Source: Chiloscyllium plagiosum
Taxonomy: Eukaryota
NCBI RefSeq assembly: GCF_004010195.1
Contig: NW_025214611.1
Span: 13,541-47,101 of the forward strand
DNA length: 33,561 nt
Reading direction: 5' to 3'
This document shows, piece after piece, positions 11,645 through 23,249 of the stretch (position 1 is the first letter of the stretch; every line of letters starts with the position of its first letter). The translations under genes and the position numbers were made by a program. Below the pieces are notes generated by a model. It saw only the letters and a program-made list of their open reading frames with translations. It was not told where the DNA came from and did not search any database.

Positions 11645-11956
11645 CTGAGCAGATGACTCCAGCATGTTGACATCCAGCACTGTGATTGGCACCGAGTGGG
11701 TTGGCAATGCATTGGTCCAGTGAGTCTTCCGTTCCATTACATCTGACCCCACTGAGCAGGATCTCCCCGCCACCTTGTCCACGATAAGCCCCAGTTATGG
11801 ACTCAGACTTCCCACAGTTCAGCTGTCTGCAGACAATGTCTCCATTGGTGAGATCCCAACCATCGTCACAGACTGTCCCCCAGGTGGACTTGTAAAGGAT
11901 CTCCACTCTTCCTGAGCACCTGCTGTTCACATCGACCAGTCTGACAGGGAAACGTC
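11645..11956 (-). CDS. SRCR domain exon 3 (312 bp, phase 1-1) of a DMBT1/CD163-like scavenger receptor; atypical cysteine pattern
   Basis: Acceptor tgtgtttccctgacag, donor G|gtaaat. Encodes RFPVRLVDVNSRCSGRVEILYKSTWGTVCDDGWDLTNGDIVCRQLNCG...VRCNGTEDSLDQC...HAGVICS with no stop codon. Confidence 0.92.
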
Positions 11957-12278
11957 CTGTCAGGGAAACACAAAGTTAGATTATTCTTCCCCTTTGGTTT
12001 CAATCTCCATAATTTTCCCTTTCCTTCACTAAAGAACAAAATAAGGCCATTCAGGTCTCGAGCAGAACCAGCACATCATTCAGCCCCTTGATCTGGTTAC
12101 ACAGGAACAGAAGGAAGCAGATCCCCTGAAGCCAGTTATACAGGAACTGAAGGGACCCATTACTTCTCCTAATAGATCACTAACTCAGCACTGTCAAGGA
12201 TTCGAGCATAGACCATTGTTATACTACATGACTCAAAATGTTGAAAATCTTTCAGCATAATGCAATATCACTGCTGAC

Positions 12279-12587
12279 CTGAGCAAGTAACTCCAGCATC
12301 CTGACTGTGTGTGCAGTTGTTGATATTCCTCTGCTCTCTTGGGCACTCATTGATGGTGCCCTCGGTCCCAACGCATCGAAAATTATCCAGCCAGATGGGA
12401 TCTTCTCCTGGGCCAAAGCTGCTGTTCACAGACACAGCAACCCCACACCTGAGCTGCCTGCAGACAACTGAGGCATCCATGATATCCCACTCATGGTCAC
12501 AAACAGTGCCCCACGAGGAATTCTTGTAAATTTCAACTCTTCCTGAACACGCATGAAGGCCCTCTTGCAGTCTGGGGGGCAGTGGAC
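12279..12587 (-). CDS. SRCR domain exon 2 (309 bp, phase 1-1), group B (8 Cys)
   Basis: Acceptor gctgcttttccag, donor G|gtcagc. Encodes PLPPRLQEGLHACSGRVEIYKNSSWGTVCDHEWDIMDASVVCRQLRCG...PIWLDNFRCVGTEGTINEC...NNCTHSQDAGVTCS. Confidence 0.95.
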
Positions 12588-12754
12588 CTGGAAAAGCAGC
12601 AATAGAACACATACTTTGTGAACTGAACAAAAAACATACAGAGAGCAGTTATCACATTCAATTCCCTGACCTCAATACTCAGCCTATAAAAGCTGTTCCG
12701 AATTACTTCATCAATCTTCTCCCCCTTTCCTCGACTCTTAAATATCTAAATCTG

Positions 12755-13383
12755 GTCCAAGATAGTGGCAGTGTAGGACGCTTTAGCCAGAGCTCATCTG
12801 CTCTGCCTATTATTCTTTTTCTTCTCTTTTTCTCCTCTCTGTGTTCTTTTCCCTTCTTCTCTCCCAGGCTTTCATGACTCCCAGTCCCCGACCACTCATA
12901 GCCTGCATGCAGACATAACAAGCCTGGTGTGGTGGCCTTTTGTCCTGATGTGGTGAGGCAGCCTCTGGCCTGATGTGGTGTGGCTGCCTCCCGGCCTTGC
13001 GTGACAACTCCTGGCATAGCATTTAGGCTCTTGGCCTGGCATGGCCACCTGGCATGTGGCATCCAAGTCTTGAGGTGATTCCGGACTGATCTCCCGGCCT
13101 CATGAACTATGAGGTGAACCCTGGTGTAGTCTGGAGCCAAGGCCCAATGCAAACTGGAGACTAGGTGCCAGCATGGTCCAGGTTAAAAGACCATTAGTCT
13201 GAACTTTTATCTGCTCAATGCTGGACTTCTTATTTCTCTATTTTCTAAAATCTTGTAACGGAATTTGCTGTACCCAGGTACCTTTGTACCTAAGATGGCA
13301 CTGTAACTGGTGATGTATAAACTTTTCACTGTACTTATTTGAGTACAAGTGACAATAAAGCTCATTCAATTCAATTTAATTCA
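12755..13383 (+). mobile_element. Interspersed retroposon-like repeat, family unassigned
   Basis: GC-richer body ending in ...acttttcactgtac...gtgacaataaa plus a (ttcaa)n microsatellite tail, typical of LINE/SINE 3' ends. Confidence 0.45.
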
Positions 13384-13535
13384 TCTCTTTTAACGTTGCA
13401 CATCCAGAACTCTAGACTCACATTTATCTGGTTCCACAGCCTGCTTTTCCTTCATCGAGTTGGGTGTCTATTCCTCTGCCAGCCTGAACTGGCACTTAAG
13501 CAAAGTGGTATGCTCAGGCACAAGCCTAACTCCTA

Positions 13536-14158
13536 TGTTATGATGCTGTGCCTTTAACAAGGTTATGTTGTTCTTGGTTTCTTTTTCAGAGGGGTCATAA
13601 CTACAGAGACTCTGGTAGATTTAGTTTGAATGGTTTTAGGGCCAGTTTGATTATAGCTAACAGATAGTGCCTCAGAAAAACGCCTTTCAAGTTTAAAAAA
13701 CACGTACAATGAAAGGGGGGTGATCAGTTCTCCCAGCTCAGCTTTTCTCTGGTTTGGATTTGGTTTCTTTTTAGCGGGCAGTCAGTTGTGAAGCTGCTGG
13801 ACCTAAAACAGCAGGTCCATGCTGATCCTCTCCCTCTCTGGCATCTCTCATGTAAGACCCTTGGTTTGATCTTTCTTTTTTCCCACCGGGGCATTAATGG
13901 GGATTGTTGCAAGTATTTGGACCAGCATCATTAAGTTGGGATAATCTGTTGGGTTTCCAGATAGGTTAAGTTATTCTGTATTCTGTTGTCTTTTATTTGT
14001 GTTTCATTCAGTAACCCTGTCAATAAATTCTGTTTTATTTAAAACTAAGTGGGTTGCTCCTAGAATATCTGCTCACACCTGCTTATAACAACTAGCAACG
14101 TTCGAGTCCAGGCTACTTTCCTGAAATGTGTTGATGAGGTCTGGCCTGCTCCATAACA
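13536..14158 (+). mobile_element. Solo LTR (probably Gypsy-type), 623 bp
   Basis: tgttatg...cataaca terminal inverted repeat, AATAAA near 14022, near-TSD ccta/cctg, and ends related to the LTR at 27887-28498. Confidence 0.75.
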
Positions 14159-14204
14159 CCTGTCACACAAACACTGCTACAGACATGCACACAAACTCCT
14201 CTAT

Positions 14205-14560
14205 ACACAAATGAATATACAAATATACAAATTAGTAGCTGAAGTAGGCTGGTTGGCACCTTGAATCTGCCCCATCAATCAGTGAGTCCAAGAATGATCT
14301 GACTATGACCTCAACTGCATTTTCCACCCTACTACCAATACCACTTCAGTCCCTTGTTAGTCAAAAATCTATCTCGATCTGCCTTAAACCTTTCAATGAA
14401 CCTTTCTCTGTTGTTCTGGAGGCAAGAGAGTTTCATAGACTCAGAACCATCAGAGAAAATCCATTCCCCTCATCACAGTCTTAAATGAAGAAACCTTTGT
14501 TTTCCAACTGTTCTCTTTATTTCTAATCATTCCCATAAGAGGAGCCATTCTTTTAGCATT
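14205..14560 (-). mobile_element. Old CR1 3' end
   Basis: (aatatac)n tail followed by a degenerate reverse-complement CR1 3' UTR (gaagtaggc...tgatctga...tgccttaaa...ttcaatga). Confidence 0.6.
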
Positions 14561-14564
14561 CATA

Positions 14565-15435
14565 CCTTTGAATTTTGAAAAATTTTTGAAGTAACAATGA
14601 GGGCAGAGCGATAGACTTGATCAATATGGACTTCAGTAAGGCATTCGACAAGGTTCCCCATGGGAGACTGATTAGCAAGGTTAGATCTCATGGAATACAA
14701 GGAGAACTAGCCATTTAGATACAGAACTGGCTCAAAGATAGAAGACAGAGGGTGGTGGTGGAGGGTTGTTTTTCAGACTGGAGGCCTGAAGATCGGATAG
14801 TGAAGAAGGCGTTTGGTATGCTTTCCTTTATTGGTCAGAGTATTGAGTACAGGAATTGGGAGGTCATGTTGCAGCTGTACAGGACATTGGTTAGGCCACT
14901 GTTGGAATATTGCATGCAATTCTGGTCTCCTTCCTAACGGAAAGATTGTTGTGAAACTTGAAAGGGTTCAAAAAAGATTTACAAAGAAGTTGCCAGGGTT
15001 GGAGAATCTGAGCTACAGGGAGAGGCTGAACAGGCTGGGGCTGTTCTCCCTGGAGCGTCGGAAGCTGAGGGGTGACCTTATAGAGGTTTACAAAATTATG
15101 AGGGGCATGGATAGGATAAATAGACAAAGTCTTTCCCCTGGGGTCGGGGAGTCCAGAACTACAAGGCATAGGTTTAGGGTGAGAGGGAAAAGATATCAAA
15201 GAGACCTAAGGGGCAACTTTTTCACGCAGAGGGTGGTGCGTGTATGGAATGAGCTGCCAGAGGATGTGGTGGAGGCTGGTACAATTGCAACATTTAAGAG
15301 GCATTTGGATGGGTATATGAATAGGAAGGGTTTGGAGGGATATGGGCCGGGTGCTGGCAGGTGAGACTAGATTGGTATGGACGGGTTGGACCGAAGGGTC
15401 TGTTTCCATACTGTACATCTCTATGACTCTATATT
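14565..15435 (+). mobile_element. CR1 LINE 3' portion with an internal deletion at ~14788
   Basis: MDFSKAFDKVPH...VVVEGCFSDWRP jumps to DRIVKKAFGML...LERVQKRFT...LFSLERRKLRGDLIEVYKIM...FFTQRVVRVWNELP, ending in a ctatgactctat tail. Confidence 0.92.
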
Positions 15436-15439
15436 GTTC

Positions 15440-15800
15440 AGTCCACTCCACCTCTCATTCTGCAAAACTCAAATGGATGTAGGTCAAACCAGTCTGACCT
15501 TTATGTATAAGATAAGCATCTCATTCCAGGAAACTATCAAGGTAACCTTGTCGATACTGCTTCAACTGCAAATATCTCTTCTTTTTCGATAAGGCAACTG
15601 AAACTGAACGAGGTACTTTAAATGTAATCGCAACTGTGCCCTGTACAAATCATCATAACTTTAAATTCCATCCCTTTTACAATAAAGAGCAGCATTCCAT
15701 TTGCCTCCCTAAGCATATGCTGTACTTGAATGGTAACTTTCTGTGATTCATGTAACAGAACCTCAGATTGTTCCAAGTGTATAACATGGCAACATGGCAA
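15440..15800 (-). mobile_element. Old CR1 fragment
   Basis: Minus translation HESQKVTIQVQHMLREANGMLLFIVKGMEFK resembles the CR1 ORF2 C-terminal region. Confidence 0.6.
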
Positions 15801-15944
15801 AGTTTAACAATTCTGCCAATAGAGTGTGCTCCTCATGATAGAGGTCACAGGATAGAGAACAGGCATTTGTATATGATTGTATTTTCTTCTGTGAGTTTGC
15901 TGTCTTTCAGTGTTGTTTCTAATGCTGCTAAGAAAACGTAGCAG

Positions 15945-16410
15945 CTTCAGAGACACGGACAAAAAAGATTTACAAAATACCTTGCAAGGATTATAATAAA
16001 TGTTACATTGGACAAACAGGCAGAAAACTAGTCACAAGGATACATGAACATCAACTAGTCACAAAAAGACATGACTCACTCTCACTAGTATCTTTACATA
16101 CAGACGAGGAAGGACACCACTTTGACTGGGACAACACATTCATCCTAGGACAATCCAAACAGAGACATGCACAAGAATTCCTAGAAGCACTGCATTCCAA
16201 CCAGAACTCTACCAACAAACACATTGATTTGGACACCATCTAGAAAATCCTGAGAAAAAGAACTGAAATAACATCACCAACCAAAAGAAATCTCAACACA
16301 TAAATAGGAAGCAGAATGTAACACTAGCGCCTCACTAATGATGTTATCTAGTATGGTGACAAAATGTCTGAAACCAAACTTTCCAGCTCAGTGAGCAAAC
16401 TCACATCCAG
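15945..16410 (+). mobile_element. Penelope-like 3' fragment (GIY-YIG plus decayed hammerhead pLTR), second family
   Basis: YIGQTGRKLVTRIHEHQLVTKRHDSLSLVSLHTDEEGHHFDWDNTFILGQ...EFLEALHS, plus a decayed CTAATGA...AAAA-tgtc at ~16335-16370. Homologous to 22200-22515. Confidence 0.85.
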
Positions 16411-17303
16411 AGTTCCAGTCTGTATTTGGAAAGTTATAATCTCCTGCCATAACCACCTTATTATTCTTACAGATAACTGAAATCACCTTACAAATTTGTT
16501 TCTCAATTTCCCACTTACTATTAGGGGGTCTATAATACAATCCCAATAAGGTGATCATCCCTTTCTTATTTCTCAGTTCTACCCAAATAACTTCCCTGCA
16601 TGTACAGGTTCTACAGTAGGGTGTGTGTGCCTGCAGTTGCTACAATACATCTGGTCATTCACTTTCACCATGTATAATCAAGGGGAAAATTGTACCATGA
16701 AGGTTCCAAGTTGTCACTTGGGCTGCTTTTGTTGAATTTATTGAATTATTATTTTCTGACTGGCTGCCCATTCTCAACTCTGGCAATGGTTTAGCAGTCT
16801 TGTTGAAATAGAGTTTGGTTTTTTGATGTTTCATCTTACTATTTTCACTCTTAATGTTTGTATTTCTTTTTTTCAGTAATATTTGCTATTGAAAGAATAC
16901 AACATAACACTAAAATTCGTACTGGAATTTTTTCCATGTCTTCAGTAGGTGTGACTCTCCACTCAAGGACTGTCATTATATATATATCAATGCATGATTT
17001 GATTGATTTCTTTGTGATGCCTTTGTGATTTTTCACCTTCACCTCAGCCTTTTCATGGGCCGAGTGTGGAGATAATGCATGGTGTTGAATTTCCCAATCT
17101 TAATCCTGTGAATACATGTTTGTACTTATCTCAGATGAGTTCCATGGTCAATGGTTTAGTATGTTGCAGCACATTGCAAATCTCTTTGTGCACATTGAAG
17201 GTTACCAGTCCAGCTTTTGACTTGCTCCTGCTTAAATTAGTGGCGTTTACTTGCCATCTTTGAAAGATCTTCTTTCATGTAATTGCAATAGACTCACTGA
17301 GTA

Positions 17304-17506
17304 ATCTATCATCTTGACACGAGTATGATGCTATTACATATTCTTATCATATAAGAACTAAACAAAAGGAACAAAACAGGAAAGTTAAAGTCCCCCATAA
17401 CAACCACCCTATTACTGTCACTCATCTCCTGACATCTATCATCTTGACACGAGTATGATGCTATTACATATTCTTATCATATAAGAACTAAACAAAAGGA
17501 ACAAAA
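17304..17506. repeat. Perfect 73-bp direct repeat (17304-17376 and 17434-17506) flanking a 57-bp CR1 endonuclease fragment
   Basis: atctatcatcttgacacgag...aaaggaacaaaa occurs twice, 130 bp apart. The spacer's minus strand encodes QEMSDSNRVVVMGDFNFP (APE GDFN motif). Confidence 0.9.
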
Positions 17507-17509
17507 AGA

Positions 17510-18600
17510 CACTGTACGTCCCACGTGACTAGCTTTTAATATGATCATGCCTGATCTTCAGTTTCACCTCCAGTTTCCTGCCTACTCCCTGTTTCTTCTC
17601 TGAAAGATTCAAACCTTGCCTATCTCAGCTTTAAGTATATTCAATGATGCACATACACAACCCTTTAGCATGAAAAAAATCCAGAGGCACACCTCTTTGT
17701 GTAAAGAAATTTCTCCTCACCTCAGTCCTCAGTGATTGGCCTCTTACTTTGAGACGAGACCATACTCTAGATTGTTTTTCCCCTAGTTGCACAATCTCTC
17801 AGTGTCAATCTTGTCATGTCCCTTCATAATTCTGAATGTGTCAGTAAGATCACCTCTCATTGTTCTAAAATCTGGAGAATAGAGATTACCTTCACCTTTC
17901 GCATCAAAGGACAAACCTCTCATCCTACAGACAATCAAGTGAACCCTCACTCTATGCCTCCAATATAAAACATGCCTTTCCTTAAACATGGTGACCAAAA
18001 CTGCACACCAACCAATGATGCAGACTCACCAATGCCTCAAATAATTGCAGCAAGATTTTTTATTCTTATACTCCAATCCTCTTATAATAAATACCAACGC
18101 GACATTTGCTTTCATAATTAGTTATTTGCTGTACCTGTATGTTAAGTTTAAATGGCCCTTCACAAGTATACTCATGCCTCAAAACATCGATATTCACAAG
18201 TTTGGCACCTTTTAAAAAGTATTGTGCTTTTCAATTCTTAGCACTAAGTGAATAATCTCACACTTGCCCACATCATAGTTCATCTGCCATTCATTTAACA
18301 CATCTATATTTTTTTGTAACTTCATTGTGTCCAACCACAGCTTGCACTCCACTTAGTTCTGCATTATCAACAAACTTGGATCAATACTCTCTGTCCCTTT
18401 GAGTAATTAATTTATATGGTAAAGAGCTGAGTGTCCAGCACCGTTCCTTGTGGCTCTCCTCTAGTTACTGCCTGTCATTTTCAAAATGCTTCATTTACCC
18501 TTATTCTTCTTTTCCTGTTCATTAACTTATTTGCTATACATGCTAATATGCCATCTCAATTCCATGAGCCCATTCATATCCGTCTGAAGAGCTGGTAATA
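17510..18600 (-). mobile_element. Old CR1 LINE 3' portion
   Basis: Minus translation LYSPDFRTMRGDLTDTFRIMKGHDKID, plus decayed SKFADD/GVPQG-like segments near 18350-18470. Confidence 0.7.
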
Positions 18601-18739
18601 ACCTTGTGCGTTTTCTGTTTGATTATGTTTGATTCCAATAGCTTTGATCACTTTAACAAAAACTGTGGCAGCACCTTTCTTTGCTTATTATCCACTCACG
18701 AATCCAAGCTTCAGATTGTCCTTCCACTGAATGGGGTGA

Positions 18740-18764
18740 CTCTATCTCTCTCTCTCTCTCTCTC
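18740..18764. repeat. (CT)n microsatellite
   Basis: ctctatctctctctctctctctctc. Confidence 0.8.
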
Positions 18765-18879
18765 CAAATATAAATATATATCTCCATGCACTCTCCCTCA
18801 CCATTCATTTTCCAAACATTGCAATAGTATTACAAAATTAAAGAACTGGATATTCTTAGTGTAAATTTCTCATTAAACT

Positions 18880-20040
18880 CTATATATCGGCATGCCATTC
18901 GAAAACCTTCATCCTCCTTTAACAGTGTTTTGATAGCTCTGACTCCTCTTTCACTTTTACTCCTCTACCTGACAATTAGGAATCATTTCTTCCATGGATC
19001 TCACTCATTCTTGTGATTCCCATGGAACCTTGGTATATTGTTCCAAAGATATCTGCCTGGAGTGAGACCAGATTCACCAGCTTCTTGTTGTATACTAGCA
19101 AAACATGCACAACAGCAAAGTGCTTCCTATTCTCAAATGATAGTTTCATCACCACACCACTGGCACAGCACTGTGACAACCTGGTATGCAATACTGGATA
19201 TAGCAGATGTTTTCCTCATCTTCATTTGCTCATGACAAATTTCTTGGAGCTTTTGGCCATCATGCTGCAATAAATTGAGAAAATAAGACTCAATCTTATT
19301 ACTAAAGTTAACGTTCTCAATCCTTTGAAATTCCTTCTCCTGATGTAATTTCCAGAACCATGCTTGAGCTATCTTAAGGATTCAGTAATGTTTGCTAGAT
19401 GGGCAGAACTTTTGCCAGCTAATTAATCATTCTAAAGATTTATTGAAGGACCTTGTACAGAAGTAGAAATTCAGACTAATGCTTGCCTTTTGTAGGTCAT
19501 CTATTATGGTCTTACTACTAACAATTTGCCCTCATCTATGCTTTCAAAAAAATCATACTTTTCCTTTGGCGTCAGATCTTCTTCTGATAGATGATTCAAA
19601 GTAGCTTTAACCCTCAGGTCAAGTTCTTCAAAGATTTCCCATGGACACTAATAGCCACATGGCATATTACTCGGTAATACCCTGAAGAATGGTCAATATT
19701 GTTCTTTGCAAAACATCTGTACTAACATCATACCAAATTTCAAATGATTCACACAAGCTTTTCTGAATGACTAATGAAGGTTGTCAGGAATTGTGATTCC
19801 TCTTTATAAGGAGCTTTCCAAAAGCTGCCATACTTAGAGTCAGATAGCACAGAGACCCATGGCCCATTTGAAAATAAAATGTTTGGAATATTTTACCAAA
19901 CTTTCATTTACAGAAGACATTGGATGGAACTCCCTTGCTAAAGCCTTATTAATTCTATCTGATGGATATTACACCTTGACGAGCTGTGGTATTGGTTCAC
20001 TTTACAACAGTTCACTCACCGTATACTATCCAACTGGGAG
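18880..20040 (-). mobile_element. Degenerate Gypsy/Ty3 pol remnant (RT through integrase zinc finger)
   Basis: Minus-strand fragments NKALAREFHPMSSVNESL, SFWK..EESQFLTTF (RT) and LLVYNKKLV..SLQADIFGTIYQGSMGI (integrase H2C2-like), with many stops and frameshifts. Confidence 0.65.
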
Positions 20041-20084
20041 ATGTGACGATGATATGCATGCTCAATGCGTTAGTGGACTATTAC

Positions 20085-20399
20085 CTGAACACTGAACTCC
20101 AGCATCCTCGTAGTGTTGACAGTTATGCTCACCCCAGTGTGTCGCAACACACTGATCGAGACTTGACTCGGTTCCATCACACAGCACATCATCCAACCAG
20201 ATTGGTCCACTGCCCTGTCCAAAGGATGCTCCAGTGGTGGCCCGGATTGCTCTCCCACAGTTGAGCTGCTGACACACCACCTGTGCATCTTGTAGGTCCC
20301 AGTAATCACTGCAAACTGTTCCCCAAGTGGAGTTGTGAAAAATCGCCACTCTCCCATCACACAAATTGTCTCCATCTTCCAGTCTCACCATTGCTGACT
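20085..20399 (-). CDS. SRCR domain exon 1 in this window (315 bp, phase 1-1), group B (8 Cys)
   Basis: Acceptor tgtttgtttttgtttctag, donor G|gtaata. Encodes [48 protein letters not shown]...[25 protein letters not shown]...[17 protein letters not shown]. Confidence 0.96.
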
Positions 20400-21071
20400 C
20401 TAGAAACAAAAACAAACACAAGCTCAATATCTGCCATTACCAACTCCAAACATCTCCTTGGTATCAATTACGACTCTGCGTTCAATGAGGGGGAAGGAGT
20501 GTCAAGGCTTCAACCCCAAGAGGCTCCCAACCCAGGACAAGTTACTGTTATCACAAATCCTGAGGTAGTAACAGGCAACTTCTGAGGAGAGATACTGACA
20601 GGAAAGTCCAGCTCTAAGGCCTTATGATACTAATTACCATTTTGTTTTTCTGGGCCTGGACATAAAAGAGGGGAGGGAGTGAGCATACACAACAGGGTCA
20701 CAACAAACAATAGGAATCCAGATTGAAAGATCAGTGAGTGTGGTGGAAAGTTCATGTGGCAATTGTAGGGTTGGAGTGAAGGTGAGGCCAGGAAGGAGCC
20801 ACTACACAACAAGTTCCAGAAATCTCCGTTGGCACGGTGCTTCTTTAACTAGGAGATGAACAGATTGAGAGTCATTTTGATCATTAAAGTGTTACAAACT
20901 CATTATAGGGACAGTTAACATTTAAAGAAGAAATTCAAATACACAGAAATTAACCGATTGAACCCTTTTTCACATTTACAAACACAAACAAATTTTGTTA
21001 TATATCAAAAAGACTCAAACAAAGGAAACATAATTAACTTAACACAATGAATTATAAAGTTCTACTTTTTA

Positions 21072-22065
21072 TATAGAACATGGAACAGTTAGCGCAGTAC
21101 AGACTCTTTGGCCCTCGATGTTATGTCGACCTTTTATCCTACTCTCAGATCAAACTAACCTGCATACCTTACATTTTACGACCATCCATGTGCCTATCCA
21201 AGAATTGCTTAAATGTCCCCAATGTATCTGACTCCACTACTACTGTTGGCAGTGCATACCACTCTCTGTGTAAAGAAACTACTTCTGGCAGCCCAGTGGC
21301 TCAGTAATTAGCACTCCTGTCTCACAGCACCAGGGACCTGGGTTCGATTCCAGCCTCAGGTGACTGTGGAGTTTACACATTCTTCCCGTGTCTGCATGGG
21401 TTTCCTCCAGGTGCTCCAGTTTCCTCCCACAGGGCAAAGTTAGGTGAATTGGCCATGCTAAATTGCCCATAGTGTTCAGGGATGTGTAGGTTAGGTGCAT
21501 TAGTCAGGAGTGAATATAGGATAGTGGAATGGGTCTGAGTGGATTCCACTTTAGAAGTTCGATGTGGACTTGTTGGGCCAAAGGGCCTGTTTTCATACTG
21601 TAGGGGTTCTATGATGTGTCAGGGATAATGGCCATATTAAATTGCCCATAGTGTTCAGGGATGTGTAGATTAGGTGCATTAGTAGGGGGTAAGGGTAGAG
21701 AAATGGATCTGAGTGGTTAATCTTCAGAGGGTCAGTGTCGACTTGTTGGGCCAAATAGCCTGTTTCCACACTGGAGGATTTCTGTGATTCTGACATCTCT
21801 CCAAAACCTTCCTACAATCACCTTAAAATTATGCCCCTTTGTGATAGCTATTTTCACCCTGGGAAAAGGTCTCTGGCTAGCTGCTCTATTTATGCCTCTC
21901 AACATCTTGTACACCTCTATCAAGTCATCTCTCATCCTTCTTCACTCCAACGAGAAAAACCCTAGCTCCCTCAACTTTTCTTCATAAGACATGCCCTCCA
22001 ATGCAGACAGCATCCTGGTAAATCTCCTCTGCAACCTCTCTAAAGCTTCCACATCCTTCCTATAT
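21072..22065 (-). mobile_element. CR1 3' portion interrupted by an HE1-type SINE
   Basis: KDVEALERLQRRFTRML...SYEEKLRELGFFSLE...MRDDLIEVYKMLRG (21790-22060), with the 3' UTR and tail at 21072-21285. Confidence 0.8.
21288..21790 (+). mobile_element. HE1/V-SINE-like tRNA-derived SINE with a tandemly duplicated 3' half
   Basis: A-box gtggctcagtaatt, B-box ggttcgattcc, and V-domain gtggagtttacacattcttcccgtgtctgcatgggtttcctccaggtgctcc. The tggccat..aaattgcccatagtgttcagggatgtgtag...gttgggccaaa..gcctgttt segment occurs twice (21450-21610 and 21629-21790). Confidence 0.88.
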
Positions 22066-22199
22066 ACTTCTACGAAATTCCTTAACTTATGAAACCTTGA
22101 AAGTTTATTCATGTTCCCTAGGACCAAACCAAAGCTATGTCACCATATGCTAGAATTTATGTTAATTCTCCATAACGTTCCAGCAATTCCTCCAAGGTG

Positions 22200-22515
22200 A
22201 AAGTCTGAGAGGGTTCTTCTAGAAGCATGGCATTCCAACCGGAATTCTATCAACAAACACATCGAGTTAGAACCCATCTAGCACTCCCTGAGAAAAAGAA
22301 CCAGAAATGACATCACCACAGGAAATGACATCACCAACCCAAAGAAATCCAAACCTATAAATAGAAAGCAGGAATCTGCAGCAGTGCTTCGTCCAGAGGC
22401 CCACTGAAGATGTTACTTAGAAGGATGACAAAACGTCTGGTAATAAACCTTCCAGCTCAGCGAGCAAACCTACACCCAGAACCTTAACCTGAGCTACAAA
22501 TCTTCTCAAAACTTG
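22200..22515 (+). mobile_element. Penelope pLTR fragment with a partly decayed hammerhead (22401-22440)
   Basis: Homologous to 16180-16410; cca-CTGAAGA-t-gttac..atgac-AAAA-cg-TC-tgg. Confidence 0.8.
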
Positions 22516-23249
22516 CTAAGGGGGTTCTTCTATTGGCTCTTTGGATTTGAGGTCTTCCTCACCTTTACCAAATCATACATGCAGATGCCCCATCACATTG
22601 TTCTGGTTGCTGGCAGATTTCCAAGTGCCTTCCTGCAGCTTTCCAAGCTGAGTCTGCTGGTTGCATTCTGCCATAAAACTCTGAGAGGACCACTATGCAT
22701 GTCTTCCAAAGGCAAAATAAATTTTCCAGCTGTCTTTCCACCATGAAGCCCTAACTGACATGCATGGTTCTATTAGCAAACAGAAGCAGAGAAATTGAAC
22801 AAAAGAAGCTCCAAACAAAGTCTCCACCTTGAATGACTAACTGAAAACCAACATGACATACATAGCCGCTCCAGGTAGAAATGTAAATTATTTGCCTTTT
22901 ATTTCCATTACTCAGAAAACTACCCGAATGACTCCCATTATTATCAAAGTCGGAACAGTGCATCTAGAATTATTGGCACCTTTACAAAGGAATACAAAGC
23001 TTCTTACTGTTTATTACCTTACCTTTCTAATTGTTGATGGCCCCAAACTTTGGAGACAAATAAACTCCAGCCTAGTTTAAACTGCAGCAAATTCAGTGTT
23101 TATCAGTTTGTCAATCTGATGCCCAAATACTCTATAACAAAAACTTTAATTCCTATAACAGAAAGAGATGTTCTAAAATACATAAACCATGAACTAGATT
23201 TTTGAAACACCAGTGCTTTACATCCAGCACCATTGAGAAAGCACCATTA

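Noticed and set aside
21288..21365. tRNA gene (also 25200-25278)
   Set aside because: The A and B boxes belong to a SINE head followed by V-domain and LINE-like tail; it is not a complete cloverleaf gene.
23023..23081. Candidate small upstream exon on the minus strand (strong AAG|gtaagg donor)
   Set aside because: No open reading ends in phase 1 to join the SRCR exon and there is no signal-peptide character; unsupported without RNA data.
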